Shown in pieces: positions 63,343-64,000 of a DNA stretch of 64,000 nt. Within the stretch, counting starts at the first letter, position 1, and the number at the start of each line of letters is the position of its first letter. Under the pieces are notes generated by a model that saw only the letters and a program-made list of their open reading frames with translations, had not been told where the DNA came from and ran no database searches. The translations under genes and the position numbers were made by a program. Source of the DNA: Dipteris shenzhenensis (taxonomy: Eukaryota); NCBI GenBank assembly GCA_047967505.1, contig CM106538.1, one strand, 5' to 3'.

Positions 63343-63525
63343 TTCTGCTGCTGCTACTATTTTTACTCCAAGAATATTTCTCATAAATGTTTTGATATGA
63401 AACGCTCCCCTTGGGGGCTGGTTTTTACCAAAGAACATGTAAATATTTATGCTGATGATGATGATATTCTAATATAACACAAACTTTTCTGCCCCCCAAA
63501 AAGAAAAGATTCTAGTGACGCTTCA

Positions 63526-63616
63526 ATTGATTAAGAAATGGAGAACAACATTGATCTAATATATGTTGCAATTGATTAAGAAATGGAGAACAACATTGAT
63601 CCAATATATTTTGCAA
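63526..63616 (+). repeat. ~45-bp tandem duplication at the CACTA TnpD stop
   Basis: ATTGATTAAGAAATGGAGAACAACATTGATC(T/C)AATATAT(G/T)TTGCA occurs twice. Confidence 0.85.
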
Positions 63617-64000
63617 TATGAAAACCTTTCAATTTGATTTGAATTTTGGAAGGTTTACCAAGGATGACTATTGAAGCTTTTTTCGATGCTATGTGTTTTT
63701 CTAGGGGTCTTTTTGACTGAAATAGCGACACTAATATCGATGCTAATCCAATAGATAATGCTGATATAGATGCTAATATTGACAAAGATATGGGTGTTAT
63801 GACTTTTTGGCTATAATAGCAACATAATGATTCTTGGCTAAAAAACTAAATAATATGCGTTTAAAAAAAGTATCGTAAAGGGAGCTAATGGTAGTAGTGC
63901 ATCTTGCCATCCAATTATGTCTGTGATTGTAGCTTGCCTACATACCTTGAAGGCGTGCAATCTGTTCAGACATTGAACGCATCACTTCAACCCCCCCACT

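Larger units (their letters stand above)
57490..63505 (+). mobile_element. Full-length L1-clade LINE with 15-bp target-site duplication
   Basis: TSD AAGATTCTAGTGA(T/C)G at 57475-57489 and 63506-63520. A short A-rich tail lies at ~63498-63505. ORF1 and ORF2 remnants lie between. Confidence 0.92.
52237..63899 (+). mobile_element. CACTA/EnSpm element (internally deleted) hosting Copia and LINE insertions
   Basis: Left end CACTACGACAATT (52237); right end AATGGTAGTAGTG (reverse complement CACTACTACCATT) ends at 63899. The 3-bp flanks are CAC and CAT. Both ends share the subterminal motif GAC(A/G)CTAATATCGATGCT. Confidence 0.65.

Overview
Repeat-rich nuclear DNA from a land plant. It is probably a seedless vascular plant such as a fern; this is an inference from the TE complement, not proven. 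One intact host gene is present: an intronless AP2/ERF gene of the DREB type (18823-19482, minus) in a CpG-retaining island. The rest is a nest of decayed transposons. These are two Sola2-like DDD transposase relics, four CACTA/EnSpm transposase (TnpD) segments, three Ty1/Copia pieces, two Ty3/Gypsy pieces, and a full-length L1-type LINE with a 15-bp TSD inside a CACTA element. The unexplained part is about 31.6-41 kb, which has no transposase. Two oppositely oriented arrays of a 24-bp palindrome (AGATTTGGCC-N4-GGCCAAATCT) bracket a captured host-gene fragment. Three co-oriented genes follow: (i) an intron-containing fusion of a ParB/Srx-like domain to a beta-class N4C/N6A DNA-methyltransferase-like domain, (ii) an FCP1/NIF HAD phosphatase-like gene, and (iii) a stand-alone SET-domain ORF. 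This is the candidate novel system: a mobile or captured chromatin-modifier cassette with an adjacent palindromic site array. All domain calls come from motif recognition by eye, and many boundaries are approximate.
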